Shown: positions 13,486 through 26,874 of the stretch, in pieces
Position numbering within the stretch: the stretch's first letter is position 1
Layout: each line of letters begins with the position of its first letter
Translations under genes and position numbers: made by a program
Assembly: GCA_010093995.1 (NCBI GenBank)
Contig: ML992508.1
Location: forward strand, 406,506 to 470,505
Direction of reading: 5' to 3'
DNA: 64,000 bases
DNA from: Elsinoe ampelina
Taxonomy: Eukaryota
Notes under the pieces: generated by a model
Databases searched by the model: none
What the model saw: the letters and a program-made list of their open reading frames with translations, nothing else
Told to the model about the DNA's origin: nothing

Positions 13486-14115
13486 TCAACCACTCCATTT
13501 CCTCCACCCCCACCTTCCCACCAACCACATCCCACTCACCACCACCAAGCCTCCCACAACAACGATCAAACTAACCACCCCCCTCATCGCCCACGCATCC
13601 CTCATCTCCAGTCTCGCCACACTCCTCAACTTCTTCCTAATCGGCCAACTCCTCTGCCTCCCGTACTCCGGCGTCCCCTCCCCCCGATTCCAGCTTTCCC
13701 CTCCCTGCTTCCCCTCCCCACCCCTCCCCCCCTGCCCACCCACATCCCACCTCCCGTCCTCCCTCTGCCACGGCTCCCCCCAGTTCCACGGCAACCACTC
13801 CCACCATCCCATCGCGGTGCCGCGTTGAGCGATACGCCACGCGCGGTCCCGCCAGTCGACGTACGAGAGGGAGAAGAGGAAGGAGATGAAGGCCAGAGGG
13901 GCGGTGATGGTGCGGGTCCAGAGAGTGTCGGATGTGTCTGGGGAGGAAGGGGGGGAGGTGAAGGAGGTGAGGGTTGCGGTGTCGGTGCGTTGGAGGGGGT
14001 CGAGGGGGCGGGGTTTGCGGTGTTTGGGGCGGGGTTGGGGAGGGAGAGAAGGAGAGGGGGAGGGAGAGGTGGTCTGGGGTTGGGAGGAGGTGGTGGTGCT
14101 GGTCATTGTGGCCAT
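13486..14115 (-). CDS. Hypothetical small membrane protein (two hydrophobic segments)
   Basis: Open frame from MATMTST; hydrophobic ITAPLAFISFLFSLSYVD and C-terminal VVSLIVVVGGLVVVSGMWLV; start codon uncertain; lies in a compositionally biased island. Confidence 0.55.
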   Translation of the reverse strand: MATMTSTTTSSQPQTTSPSPSPSLPPQPRPKHRKPRPLDPLQRTDTATLTSFTSPPSSPDTSDTLWTRTITAPLAFISFLFSLSYVDWRDRAWRIAQRGTAMGWWEWLPWNWGEPWQREDGRWDVGGQGGRGGEGKQGGESWNRGEGTPEYGRQRSWPIRKKLRSVARLEMRDAWAMRGVVSLIVVVGGLVVVSGMWLVGRWGWRKWSG

Positions 14116-14674
14116 GTGGTGGTGGGGGTGGGGCGATTTGCTGGTGGGAGATCGCTGGATGGTGGGGGTTGAAGATCTGGCGCACGCGACTTTGTGGGTT
14201 GGGGTGATCGGAGAGATGGTGTTGCGCTGAAATTGATGGGATTTGATGTTTTTTTCTGCGATGGTGATTGATGGTTGTTGATGGTGTTTTTGTATCGTGT
14301 GCCGTCGCAATGACGATTGTGTGTTTCTTACCGCCGGATGGGAGCGGGCGGATCCACAATGTGACGATGGACAAGCTGGAGTTGGGGAAAAAAACCGCGG
14401 AAGCAGAGTTTGGATACGTGGAGTCGAGACGCAGTCGCTTTTTCCTCGCATCTGATCTCAGTCTTACAGTATGCAGGGTGGAATGTTGCGTGTCCTGAGG
14501 CGAAGTCAAGGCCATGCACTTGTTGGTGCACGATTGGATCCACATACTGTATACTGCTGCCTGTGGGCCTGACGACAAGTAAGGCACCACTCGTGCCCAA
14601 GTACAGCCCATAAAACTACACTGGAATGAAAGCTGCTACGAGTACACGACATTCGACCAAGCCACTCCGAAAGG

Positions 14675-15957
14675 TCAGAAATAGGAATCCCGCACTGGAC
14701 GATTGCTGCCAGCCAATGTCTCTCCTTGGACTTCATACTCCTTGGTGATCATGATCGGCTTGTTCAAGAAGCCATCATGATATGCTCGCGAGTAACGACC
14801 TGACTCCAGCTGAATTCCAGATCCAGTCGTGTTCGATCTGCCGGATAGCTCTTCTTGTGACTCGTTGGTCATGGAGAACAACTTCTGAGACGACACCAGT
14901 GATAGCAATGGCTTCCTCAGTGCTGGCAGGCAAGCACAAACAATTCTTGTATTGACCTCGACAAGTGTCCACGTAGCGCGAGGGACAAAGGCCCCTGGGA
15001 TCATCAGCATCGACCTGCGTGGTGGACTGCTCAGACTTACAAGTGGTGTCGGCCTTGTTGGACGTGGAAGCCTTGACGGCGATCACTCGAAGGATGCTAG
15101 TGAGCACGACACTGCTCGCGTCAGTCTCATGTATCATTGCATTTCTCATCTCGACTACTCACAATCCTCCCACCAAGAATGCCAGCAGCAGACCGATCTT
15201 CTCTCTCCGACGCATTTTGAGCTTCAGGATAGGCTGAACTGGCAAGACGAGGATGATGACATCTGTGGCGATGTTCATTCCTCCATAGGCCAACCAGAAG
15301 ATGTCCGAATTCGTGCAAGTGGCTTTGACACTCTTGTCCCAGGATGCTCTTATTGGAACGCATTGCAGAATAGTTGCCACGGTTGTACCGATGGTCCATG
15401 ACACGATGACTGCGATGTTGACCCACGCAATGATGTTGAACTTCTTCGACACGGTGAAGATGCGCAAGTAAGAGGCCAGGATCGAGGATTTGGTGAGGCC
15501 AATGATTGGCTTGTACACAACTTGGGCGATGTAGTACCACTACCACGGAGTCAGTACAGCCGATGCTTGTCAACGGAGAAGCACTTACTCGAAGAGCTGT
15601 CCGGAGCTGCAAGGTAGTGAGGTCGGTCTTATGCTGGCCATAACCGTTTCCAATGGCTGGTATTGTTTAGCAACAGCTTCCTTTGAGCTTCCTGGTCAGA
15701 CTCACACATGCACATGGCCAAAGTCAACACAATTGACAAGGTCTGGTTGAGTCGGTCATTACAGGTACGTCAGCCACAGAGGTGCATCTCACCAGCGACA
15801 ATAGTATGGTCCAGTCATCCCAGCCAGTTCTCCGAGTCACCAGCCGGTATGTCAAACGAGTGCCGACAAACACAGCTGCGAGGGTGACCATGAGGATGGA
15901 CGTCACGAAAAGTCCATAGCCCCGCCCAGCTATACCAGCATCACGAGAAGCCAACAT
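14675..15957 (-). CDS. Pth11-like / fungal rhodopsin-domain integral membrane protein; about 6 exons
   Basis: RLTYR...GWDDWTILLSL, GYGQH, YKPIIGLTKSSIL, ILQCVPI, NIATDVIILVLP, WTLVEVNTRIVCACLP across GT-AG introns. Confidence 0.85.
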
Positions 15958-16789
15958 TTTCGCAGGACTACATGTGGATCAGACGCATGGTCTGTGAGGG
16001 ACGCCAGGGCTACTTTAATGCTCGCGACACAACTGAAAGCCATTAGATAACAATGATGCAACCTTTACGCACGCGGGATACATTTTGGCAACGTGCTATC
16101 GTTCTGGCAGGTACCTTCCGCAAGCACAGTATCTGCTTCATTTAATCAAGACGTAGCGTGAAGACGGAAGCAAGATGGCAGCAGACGGGATCGAACAAGG
16201 GTCAGGTACTCGACGGTATACTGAAGGTACAGTATCAGGGTGCCGCCCTCACCGTGATGATCCAATCAGTCCTGCTGGCCAGCGAGAAGAGACCACTCTA
16301 AGCGAGTGTCAAAGCACGTGCTAATGCAATCAAAGGAAGATCTCTTTACCGTCGTGTCTGAGAAGGGGGGATGCTTGCGGTCCATGTATCAGCCTCTCGG
16401 GAAGTGTTGTAGATTAACGCAAGCCGACAGCGGGCCACGCTCGTGGCAAGGAGCGGACTAGTTCTGTACTTTGTCAGGTAACAACAAGATTCGAGTGTTT
16501 CATGGTAGGCAATAATCTACAGATCTGCTGTACTACTGTAGGAACACATCCGGAGCTCTGTCGCGGCCAATCATGATCGCCCAAACCTCGTGAAAAGGGA
16601 AGGTCGGCAACAAGGAAGCAATTTATCTGACTGGTGCTACGGCACAGCACTTGTCCCAAGGGAACAACTAAAACTTGACAGGAGGGTGGCGAAGAGACGG
16701 CGAAAAATAATTGCAGTGAAATCGGCCAGGTTTTCTCCCTTGCGCATGCACGAATTGAAGCAATTGAGGTCAGCTGTGTGGTGCACAGA

Positions 16790-18422
16790 ATGAAGCTCAT
16801 CGCCATCTTTATGGCTGCCGTCTGCGGCTTCGCCAATGCAGCTCCTGTATCTTCTGACACAACACACAAGAAATGCGCCTTCCGCGGAGCGACAGCAGTC
16901 ACTTCCAATGGGCCCATCACAGGTCATCCTGCAGATGTGAGGCCTCGCGTGGTTGAGTACCTGGGCATCCCTTATGCGGCTCCTCCAGTGGGTGACCTGC
17001 GCTTTGCTGCACCTGCGCCCTTCACAGGCAATGCACCACAAGTCGCATCAAACTTTGTGAGCAATAACACATTGCGTATACCGAGTTTCTGCTGATCATC
17101 ACTAGGGAGCCAGATGTCCCCAGACTCAAGGAAGACCAGTCGACTATCCGGATAGAACTCCGCAGGCTCAACGTGTGGTCGGCTTCTTCGCTGGACAGAA
17201 CAACTACACCACTAGCGAAGACTGCTTGACCCTTAATATCTGGACTCGACCAACAAACAAATCGTGCGCTGCCCGCAAACCCATCCTAGTCTTCTTCTAT
17301 GGTGGTCGTTGGTCCATCGGCGACACAATCTCACCCTTCTATACTGGCAAGTATCTCGCCGATGCCGAAGATGTCATTGTTGTGACGGTCAACTATCGCA
17401 TAAACATCTTTGGATTCCCTGGGGCACCTGACGGACCAAAGAACATTGCATTCTTGGACCAGAGACAAGCCATCGAATGGGTGTCGCGCAACGCTGCGGC
17501 ATTTGGTGGTGACGCCAGCAGGATCACCATCTTTGGTCAAAGCTCTGGCAGTGTAGCGGTCGACTACTACTCGTACAAGTATCTTGATGATCCTCTGGTT
17601 GCCGGCTACATCTCGCACTCAGGCAATGCTTTCAGCTTTCCCACCAACGACCTTGCGCTAGCGGAGAAGAATTGGTACAATGTTACTGATCAGCTAGGAT
17701 GTGGATCTTCCGGAGATGTGTTGCCTTGCATGAGGACAAAGAATTTCCAGGAAATTCTCGCAGCAGTTGGACGGGTCCGACCACCATCTACCGGGAGTCT
17801 TGCTCGTACACAACCCGCTTTCCAGCCTACCATTGACGGCGAATCGGTCTTCACTGTGGAGGAATACGCAGAGCGGCTGAAATCCGGCCAGTTCAGCAAG
17901 AAGCCGTACGTCTTTGTCAACAACGAAAACGAATCGGGATACTACAAGATCCCAGCATTCGCTCAAGGGAACATACTGCCAGAATCAGAATGGCAAGAGT
18001 TCAACGCCGAGAGCTTCACCTGTCCGAATACCTTCGAGTCTTTCTATCGTAGCGAACAGGACATTCCTGTATGGCTAGTACGGTACTTTGGGGACTGGGA
18101 TAACACCCGACTTTACCCAACAAGTGGCGCATACCATGGATCTGATTTGCAGATGCTGTTCGGTGCGTCTGAGGATGTCAGTGGACTTCCAGAGTCAGAG
18201 CCTCAGAAGCAGACGAAAGCTCTCGTCCAAAGCGCATGGGTGGCGTTTGCTAATGACCCGGTCAATGGCCTGACAAAGTTTGGATGGCCACGTTACGGTC
18301 GTTCATCCGCCTCTGTAATACAGATAGCGCGCAACAACACGCCATCTGCGCAGTTCACGCCGCCGCAGACATTCGATTCCGTTTGTTCCGGGCTGAACCT
18401 GACTTTTTATGACATACCTTGA
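16790..18422 (+). CDS. Secreted type-B carboxylesterase (cholinesterase-like alpha/beta hydrolase); 2 exons
   Basis: Signal peptide; YLGIPYAAPPVGDLRF, SEDCLTLNIW, FYGG, NYR, nucleophile GQSSG, GAYHGSDL; intron about 17057-17105. Confidence 0.9.
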
Positions 18423-19228
18423 TCACTGAGCCAGGAAGCGTCTGGTCAATCTGTTCATAGATCCAAATTTGTTAAAGATGAGCTCGTCTAAACCACAATC
18501 AAAAAGTCTTCATGTATACGACAAAACATGAATGGCTGCTGCAGACTATTGGCCAGGCAGGAAGATGCCAGATCTCTTCAGAGCCCAGACGACTTCAGCT
18601 TTGAGGATGGAGGTTCTTCTTCAGCATCTATGTATGCATGCCTGAGCAGGGTCACTACTAAAATGCCTGGTAGGGCTGCCACCTCAGGCCTCCCACCAAT
18701 CTCCAATCGCACCTAATCTCATCCCAACATGACCATCTATTGCCCCTCCGACCTACGAATCAGGTACGGCTCCAAATCACGGATCGAGATGTCACAATTC
18801 AGCCAAATGTGCCGTGTCGAAACACGGTAGGGCCACTCTACATGTGCCTTGGTTTCCGAGTCTCTTCCGGCTTACCGTCTGCTTGAGCTGTTCTGGTCAT
18901 CAATATAGCGGCACTAATCTCATCACGGAGGTCTCTGACTGGCTACCGCTCAACTACGCATCTATTTGAGATGTCGTCGGCGGTGGAGTCTTGGTACAGG
19001 CTCGACAGGCACGCATGAGGCATCCTCGCACACACAACTTGAACGGCTCATTCTTGTCCCGGTCCCGACTGTGCTTCATGTTTTATCAACACGCATTCGA
19101 CAGCTCCTCTTGAGAGCTCGAAGGGAACACTATTCTAGTCCTCATACCTCGATGCAGACTGGTCTTCAGGGTTTGGTGGCATCTTGCCCTCCCGATTGAA
19201 AGGGCACAAAGCGACTTGCCCCGCGACC

Positions 19229-21498
19229 ATGTCGTTCCAGGCCTCCCAGCACATGTCCTTCGTGACGGTCACAAATCTGGACGACTTCAAAAGCAAAGAG
19301 AATGTTCGAAAAGTCCGAACCACTGTTATGAACGACTATCTCGACAAGGCTAAAGAGGACCCGCTTACTACTGATAGGAGAGCATTCTCAAAGACCACGC
19401 CAGCCAAGAAACAGCATGTCTCGACTCAACGTCGACCGCGACACCGACCAATCCTGCCAATTTCACAATCAGGACCATCCCAGCATGACCAGTCAAGTAA
19501 GAGGACACCTTCCGAACGGTCGTTAGGCTCTTCCAAGCACACCGCCAATATCACTACCAGTCCCTCGTCATTGGAATCTACCAGTCCAAGGGTTCATATG
19601 CAGCTGCGCCAGGATAGCGCTGTGTCCATCAAGGAGGAGACGATCGCCCCTGCGACATCATCATGCTCGACGGTCTTTCTGAACGAGGTAAATGATCCAA
19701 GCGTGGAGCTGGAGCGGCACCTCGAGTCGTTCAATCTTGCACAGGGCGCTCTAGTCCCTGCAGCTATCGACATTCAATGGCTGAGAAACAATTGTGAGTA
19801 TCTCCGCCAATCTCGTGGTTCCTCACATGATTCTCCGATCATACCTTTGCTCCCTTCTTGTAGTCCCTCGATTGATGCCAACGAGTGTTTCTAGGCGCCC
19901 GATTCTTCAGGACTCAAGGCGCTGCTCGACGATGGTTCGCTGTCCTGATCCACAGTCCGCTTGCCTACCTCGCCAGACTTTGTCTGACAGCACCTTTCAC
20001 TGACCTTATGGTCTCGCAAACCTCATCTGTAGAAGGATTCTCCGACTCTGATACTAGATTAACGCTTGAGATATTCGACGTGATACCCCGGATCATTAAT
20101 GACACGCTCAATGATCCCCTGCAACAATGTAGCAATTCTACTATGCTTGCGATTGTACAGTTACTGTACGGGCAATTGTATACGAGCTACCGAAGCCTAA
20201 TTGGCTCACATCAATTCGCACTAAGGCAGATGATTCTTGCAAGAGGCGGCCTCGAAAAGCTTGATGGTAATGGACCAGTTGCCGTAGGCGTCACTATGGT
20301 CCATCTCGAGGCGAACTTTCTTCGGAACAAGGAAGGTGACCTAGATTGTCTTAATTGGATACTCGTGCGGATCTCGGACAGTACAGCAATGCCGTGGCCT
20401 GCACCGGAGGGACCACTGCTACGAATTCGTGATGATAATACGGCTGCCATGCCAAGTTCACTACACAGCACTGAGACAAACCAGCTGATAGGGCTGATGC
20501 AAGATCTTACCCACCAGGTCCTGCAGCTTCGTAAAATTGAAGTAGCCCAGACGATTGGTTCTACAGTAGCAGTAGCGGCATACGCAGAGCAAAAAGCAAA
20601 AATCTACTGGACCATGGCTGACCTGACTCGAAAAGTTCACCAGACGCCCGCCCGGACTAGAGTATATACTGGAGTGGCTGCATGGGCATATGAAGCGGTT
20701 CGGCAAGCATCGTTTCTCTATTCGCATGCCATCTGGGAGAGACGACCGTTCCATCAACCTGTCAAGTGTACCCAATGTGTCACGTTAGCTTCGCCTGAAA
20801 AGTTGTTCGACGCTGTCCGTAGGATCCCCATTGGAGATCTATGGGGGCCCCTTGCAGGCACCCTATACTGGGCACTCATGGTTGGTGCAGCAACATGTCA
20901 CCAGATTCCGCAAGGGACAGATGGTGAGAGATCTGACATCCAGACGAACACACCGATCTTGCCTTCAGATCTGGTACCTCCTCTCCCATACTCCTTCACC
21001 CACGAACGACAAATCAGTTCGTCAACGACCGTCGATCTCCTAGACCAGCTGCTGAACCCGCCAGAACCGCATCAAGCAGGTTCAGAGGCCGACGAGGCAG
21101 GACCACAAGCACTAGTGAGCCCAGTAGATCTGACTTCCGCCCCGAAGGAGTTCTTCATTCTAGAACAACGAACGCTGAACGCTGCTAAAGAGCTGTTCGA
21201 CTCGTATGCTCAGACGCGGCCTCATGATCGATGCAGTCAGCGCGAAGTGGATGCAGGTCGACCTTTTGTGCAGAGATGCGAGGACGACAAGTCGGCCAAA
21301 CGGCACCGTGTCCTGCCAACAAATGCTGATCCTGGTAGAGAGGAAGGACGAGCCGTAGAACACGCAGACTTCATTCGCTGCTTTCTAACAGCAAATGCGA
21401 TTCGGGTCAGCTTGCTGTTGAGATTCGACCACGAGATCGCCATGCTGAGGAGTGTCGCCACTCTAGACCAGGTCGCAGCCTGGTTGAGGCGGGAATGA
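19229..21498 (+). CDS. Fungal-specific transcription-factor-like protein (Fungal_trans_2-like, no Zn cluster), paralog A; 2 exons
   Basis: N-terminal FVTVTN..K..ENVRKVRTTVM basic motif; intron 19794-19894; H..ALRQMILARGGLEKL and LYWALMVGAA motifs. Confidence 0.7.
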
Positions 21499-22309
21499 TC
21501 CTCTTGCATAGCGAAGCTGAGGGTATCTTACCCTCCGAGTGAGAACGTAGTATCCCGTACGACTAGACATCTCAAAACATGTACTTTAATCACTCTTGAC
21601 CGGAAAATCAGCAAGCCTGGTATCATGTCAGCACTTCCAAACAAACTCCTTATAGCAAATGATACCCATCCCACCCCAGTGTCCAACTAAAGCCACCCTT
21701 GCGATCCCTTGCATTCATCTAATCGGATGCAAACACAGCCGGCAACACAGCCCGAAAGCCCCCCCCTCCCATTTACCCTACCAGATCTCGCTCCCCCCTT
21801 GCCCAACTTCACCCGCACCCAGATCCTCCTCAGCCGCACCATGCGGCTTGCCCTCTAGCGTGCCTACAGCGAACACTAGAGCAAGCCACTCTCCGGAAAG
21901 AAGCACCAATAGTTCGCCTCTGGGCTCCTGGTCCCCCCCCCCCCTCCATTCGTTGGCCCACCCCGTGAATTAGGCCTCGCAACATGGTGCTTCACCGGTT
22001 GATTGATTGCGAGCTTTTCCCTTTTGACAGGGCTTATTTGCATGGGCAAACACGCAGGGCAGGCCAGGCTAAAACGCTCTGCGCAAATGGTGCTTTGGCC
22101 GGCTTACTCTTGTGCGGTTTTTTCTTTTGGACACGAGGGCTGAGCTGTTCGTCTTATAGAACACCGGGGATGTGGGTTTGACATTAACCTGGCTGGGTAT
22201 ATACATCCTGACTGCGCCGCCCAGAGATCGCTCGCCATCCTATGCCGACACCTCCACGCCGCAAAACCTTGGTCTAGGCTGGCACGTAACAGCTTCTCTC
22301 CGTTTCACC

Positions 22310-24475
22310 ATGCCGCCTATGCAATTCGCTTTCATCACGGCCACCACGCCGGCGGAATGGAAGAGCAAACCCAACGTCACGGCCATGCGGTCGGCGGTGA
22401 TGCACGAGTACCTCGAGCGGGCTCGGGATGACCCTACCACGACCGACCGTCGAGCGCTCAAGAAGAGAGTGATGGATGTGCCCCGCCGCCTGTTCGGGCG
22501 GAGTAAAAGCGTCAAGTCCCCTCCCGACGAGCAGGCGGTGAGGCACGACTTTGCCGTCGACATACGGCGGCAAACACCCGTAGCTCCACCGAGTATAGAC
22601 CCAAGCATCTACGCTCCTACCCTTTCGGATCTCACCAGCGTGCCTGCGCTGAGTGAAGGCTCCGAGTCCGGTGGCACCTCCCGCTCGTCCCCGACTATCG
22701 ACTACCACGACCAGAATCCAATCTATGGGTGCACTACAGCCCTCATGCCAGAGGCTTCCGACCTAGGCGTCGAGATGGAGCGGTACTTTGAGGACTTTCA
22801 CCGCGCGCGCCGCGTGTCCATCCCGACGCCTATCGAGATGGAGTGGCTGCGCATGCAATGTAAACCCCCTTTCTGCCCCCCCTCTGCCAGTTTCCTCTGA
22901 CCCCTTCCGACCCTAGGCCTCAAATACTTCGCCACAAAAGGCAAACTTCTCAAATGGCTCCCCTTCCAGATCTCCTCTCCCCTCGCCTACCTCGCCCGCC
23001 TCTGCATCGCCGCGCCCTACAACGACATCATGGCCTCGCAATCCTCCCCCTTGGACTCGGTCCCCTTTGTCGACCTGCGCATGACCATGGAGATCTTCGA
23101 CGTTTTGCCCCGCGCCATCAACGACGCTTTGGACGACCCTGCGCAGAGGGATAGTGATAGTTCCCTGGTCGCCATTATTCAGATGTTCTACGGCCAGTTG
23201 TCGACGCCGTATTTGGGGCTCGTGGGGTCGCATCAGGCTGCTTTGAAGCGGATGGTGGGAAGTCGTGGGGGTTTGGGGAGGTTGGATGAGGGCGGTGTGA
23301 TTGCCGCGAGTTTGACCATGTTGGATTTTGAGGCGAATTTTGTCAAGGGACTGCCGACGGATGCCATTTATCACGAGTGGACGGCCGGGTATTTGGAGGT
23401 GGGGAGGAGGTTTGAGTGTCCTTCTCCTGATGGGCCATTGTTTGTGGCGAATGAGGATATGAGGTGTATTGCTGCTAGTCCGCTTTGTGCGCCCAGGACA
23501 CTCGAGGTAGTGCGGGTCGCGAGGACTTTGACTTTGGTCGTGCTGAGACTGCGAAGGGTTGAGATTCTTGCCGGACAGACTGGTCTGGATACGATTCGGT
23601 TGTATAAGCAGGAGAGAGCCGTTCTTCAGGCACAGCTCCGCCAAATTTGTGGCGACGTCCACCGCTTTCCATCTGAGCTGTCAGGTGTCTCTAATGAGCA
23701 GGCGAGCGCAGTGTATACCGCTATCCGAGCAGCGACTTTACTCTACGCCCACGCGATCCAACACCGCACTCCACTTCAGAGCAACATCGTCTGCCACACC
23801 TGCGACCATCTCGTCACCGCAGAGACAATCTACGAAGCAGTCCGGACCACCTCACTAGGCGATTGCTGGGGCCACCTCGCCGGCGTGCTTTACTGGACTT
23901 TGATCGTAGCAGCAGCAGCGTGCCACCCAGCCCAGACTGCAAAGCCGCCCTCGTCTCCCTTCTGGTCTTTTGACAGCAGCCCGACGCCTGCAGACCACAA
24001 CAGCGACGCCATTCGTCTGAGTACGATTCATAACCTCCTTGTTCCTCCTACAGATGAACAGGAAGCATGCAACATCTTCTCCACCACTCCGCTCGTAACG
24101 CCGCCGGATCTGAGCGCTGTTCCACCGATCATGTTTCAGAAAGAGGCCCAGACGCTGGCAAAGGCAAAGGAGCTCTTTGATTCTTACGCCTGTCCGCGGT
24201 CGAGGGAGGTCGTTGCATGCGGGAGTGCGGCTCGGGCGCACTACGACAGTCCTGATCGCAAAGGACAGGAAGGTAAGCGAGTTCGACGAACAGGAAGACG
24301 ACATCCTTCTGGGGACGCTGGAGAGAAGCAAGTTGTGAGACAGGAATATGTGAGGAGATATCTGACTGCTAATGCGATGCGGGTGAGTTTTCTGTTGCGC
24401 TTTGAGCACGAGGCGGCAATGATCAGGTCGGTGGCGGCATTAGCGGAAGTACGGGCTTGGTTAGATGGGTCTTAA
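22310..24475 (+). CDS. Fungal-specific transcription-factor-like protein, paralog B (tandem duplicate of 19229-21498); 2 exons
   Basis: FAFITATT..K..NVTAMRSAVMHEYL; intron 22860-22916 at the same codon and phase as in paralog A; shared SPLAYLARLC, EIFDV.PR.IND.L.DP, AKELFDSYA, LTANA.RVS.LLRF.HE.AM.RSVA. Confidence 0.7.
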
Positions 24476-24512
24476 GGTGGTCGACCTGATCGCCAAGAGA
24501 TCATAGCAGAGG

Positions 24513-26752
24513 TCACATCGCCCAATTGGTGACCCAGTCAGAGGCCAATGGAAGCGTCGGATTGAGCTACTATGATCAGCTTCATGCTTCTGACGCCACA
24601 GGAAAGGACCTACCAAGGTTTCGATATCGGCCCAGCCTGAGACGCCGGCTAGGAAGGAAGAAGGACTGGTTTGATCAAAGTCTTGCATGTTGCCGAGACT
24701 GAACATGTCAAGATCTGCAGCTGACGGAGCCGAACCCATGTCATTGATGGACACCTCAGGCGCGTTGGCTGGGGTGTGACGGGCCAAGGGCTGGTTGGAG
24801 AGTCTCCTTGAGGCTTCATGGCGGAGCTCTTCCAGGACGACTCCGTATCTCGCGGTGAACGAGCTGAGCGGGACGGTCTGCGAGAGACTGGAAAGGCATG
24901 CTTCTGCATCGGCCAGATGTGCTTGCCAGTCCTCTTGGCTTTCGTTACGATGCTCGATGATGTAAACGTAGAGGACTGTCAGAGCATTGAATGTATAGTA
25001 GAAGGTGAACTGATCATATGTTAGCGTCTCTTGTCTGGTGCAACGAAGCTAATAGTGGTACAAACCCAGAGAACGTCGAACATCTTGTTTCCGTCACACA
25101 GCCCTCTGACAATCTTGATGATACGAAGAGCAGCATCTAGACCTGCAAGCCTACATTCGCGAATCTGGCTCTGAACAATGGGCATGCAAGACTGCAGCGC
25201 CTGCCGACTGCAGAGCAGTAAAGGCCTAGCAGTAAGTAAGGTAGTGTAGCAGGATGCTAGATTGAGGACAGTGCACTGTCGAGAAAAAGGCGGAATCATT
25301 AGACCAATACTCGTCCATTGTGCATCGAGAAAAGGTAGTATCTCGGATCGCCACGTCGCGATTTGCTCGAGGTGAGATCTAGCTAGCGAGGCATGAACGT
25401 CCCATGATGGTCTGATGATGCCGTACTGTTTCGTCAATACGCTGCTGATGATCCGAGAAAGCTTCGCATGATAAATTGGAGCAAGCATGACCGATTGAGC
25501 TTCCGAATTTGGACCAGCCACCACATGGTCTCTGTCGTCTGAGAGATCATGATCGTCAATCGGGTCAGGATATTCTTGATCAATGTCCTGTTCGTGAAGT
25601 GCCCTTGGTCGACCAAGCGCTGCACTGAGATAGTTGTCGAGACTGTAGGCGGCCCAGAATGTGCGTTTCCGGGATTCGTGGTCTACGTGAGAGTGATGCT
25701 TGCGGCCAGCAGCTAGCTTGTGCTTGCGATGGATCCCGACCGCAAAAGCAAGCCTCGCCGTGGTTCCGAACAGATTCCAGCATTGATTGACCCTAGACTG
25801 GGCAAGGAGATAGAAGCATTGAGCAAGGCGTGCTTGGACTGCACTGAGCCTTACTTCTCCAGTCTCTCGACCTAATTGATGCTCAGAGGCGGCGAAGAGA
25901 TTGGCGCTGAGACGGAAAATCAGTGAATGTGAATCCGTGATTAAATGGGAGGCCTGTCATACCTGTCTAGGGCGGCGTCCGATTGCAGCGAGCCTTTCCG
26001 CCTGAACAACATTGCATGAGCCAAGACTAGCATCACAATCGCGGAACGCTCTCTTGCTCCGGGCTTGAGCAATGTCGTTGGCTTATGCTGGTACAATTCC
26101 TGCATCCATGCCTCGACTGTAGGCTCATGAAGGAATCTGTGCGTCGGAAACGCCACATCGAAATAGGTCTTCACTAATTGTCTGGCTTCGGCGATTGGCG
26201 GCAGGCGAAGAAACGACTCATCCGTTTCTGGTAGAGGCGCGTCTCCGAATGCGAAGATGGAGATGTTCTCACTGAGTGGCATGGAGCTGTGCAAACGCTT
26301 CTGTGCTCTGGACAAGAATGCCAGGCCGGAAGCTGAGCCGTGATAATTACCGTGCGAAGAGACATGGTCGTGATCTGGTGAGTCCCTCGAGGAACCAGCA
26401 GGTGGACTGGTGATGTGCTCATCCTCTTGAACCTGAGAAGACGCTGTCATGGGTACACTGTCCAAGGCGTCTTTCGTCGAAGCATCGTGGCTCGGAGTTG
26501 ATAAGCTCTGCCCGGGCGAAGCTTGATCTCGTTCGACAATGTTGGGGAGCTTCCCACGACGATATAGCGCATTATAGGCACAGTTCAGGCGTAGCTTTGT
26601 GCAAGCAGTGCAAGGTTTATCGCCCGAGCATCTTAGCTTTTTCCTAGTGAAGATTCAGATGATGCTTCGTGTCATTGATTGGTGAGGTCCCACGATTTGC
26701 ATCGATCACAAGCGCGTGTCGCCCGGACCCGAGTTTTGGCGCGTTTCTCCAT
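24513..26752 (-). CDS. Zn(II)2Cys6 transcription factor with fungal TF middle homology region; about 5 exons
   Basis: Hand-spliced MEKRAKTRVRATRACDRCKS/KKLRCSGDKPCTACTKLRLNC (six Cys); YHGSASGLAFL; AFAVGIHR...RKRTFWAAYSLDNYLSAALGRP; last exon and stop are less certain. Confidence 0.85.
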
Positions 26753-26874
26753 GGGGAGTCAGCATCTCGGGTATGTATGTGTGCTGACAGACCCCAACGT
26801 CGCATGAACGAGTGGTTGCTGCTCTGAGTCGCGGTGATGGAAAAGAAGAGGTAAGGCGGAGAAGGGCAGGGCAG

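Noticed and set aside
13637..14611. 324-aa minus-strand ORF and other Pro/His- or Gly-rich ORFs in skew islands (359-625, 424-714, 46257-46973, 58753-59604)
   Set aside because: Low-complexity translations produced by C- or G-rich composition; they overlap better-supported frames
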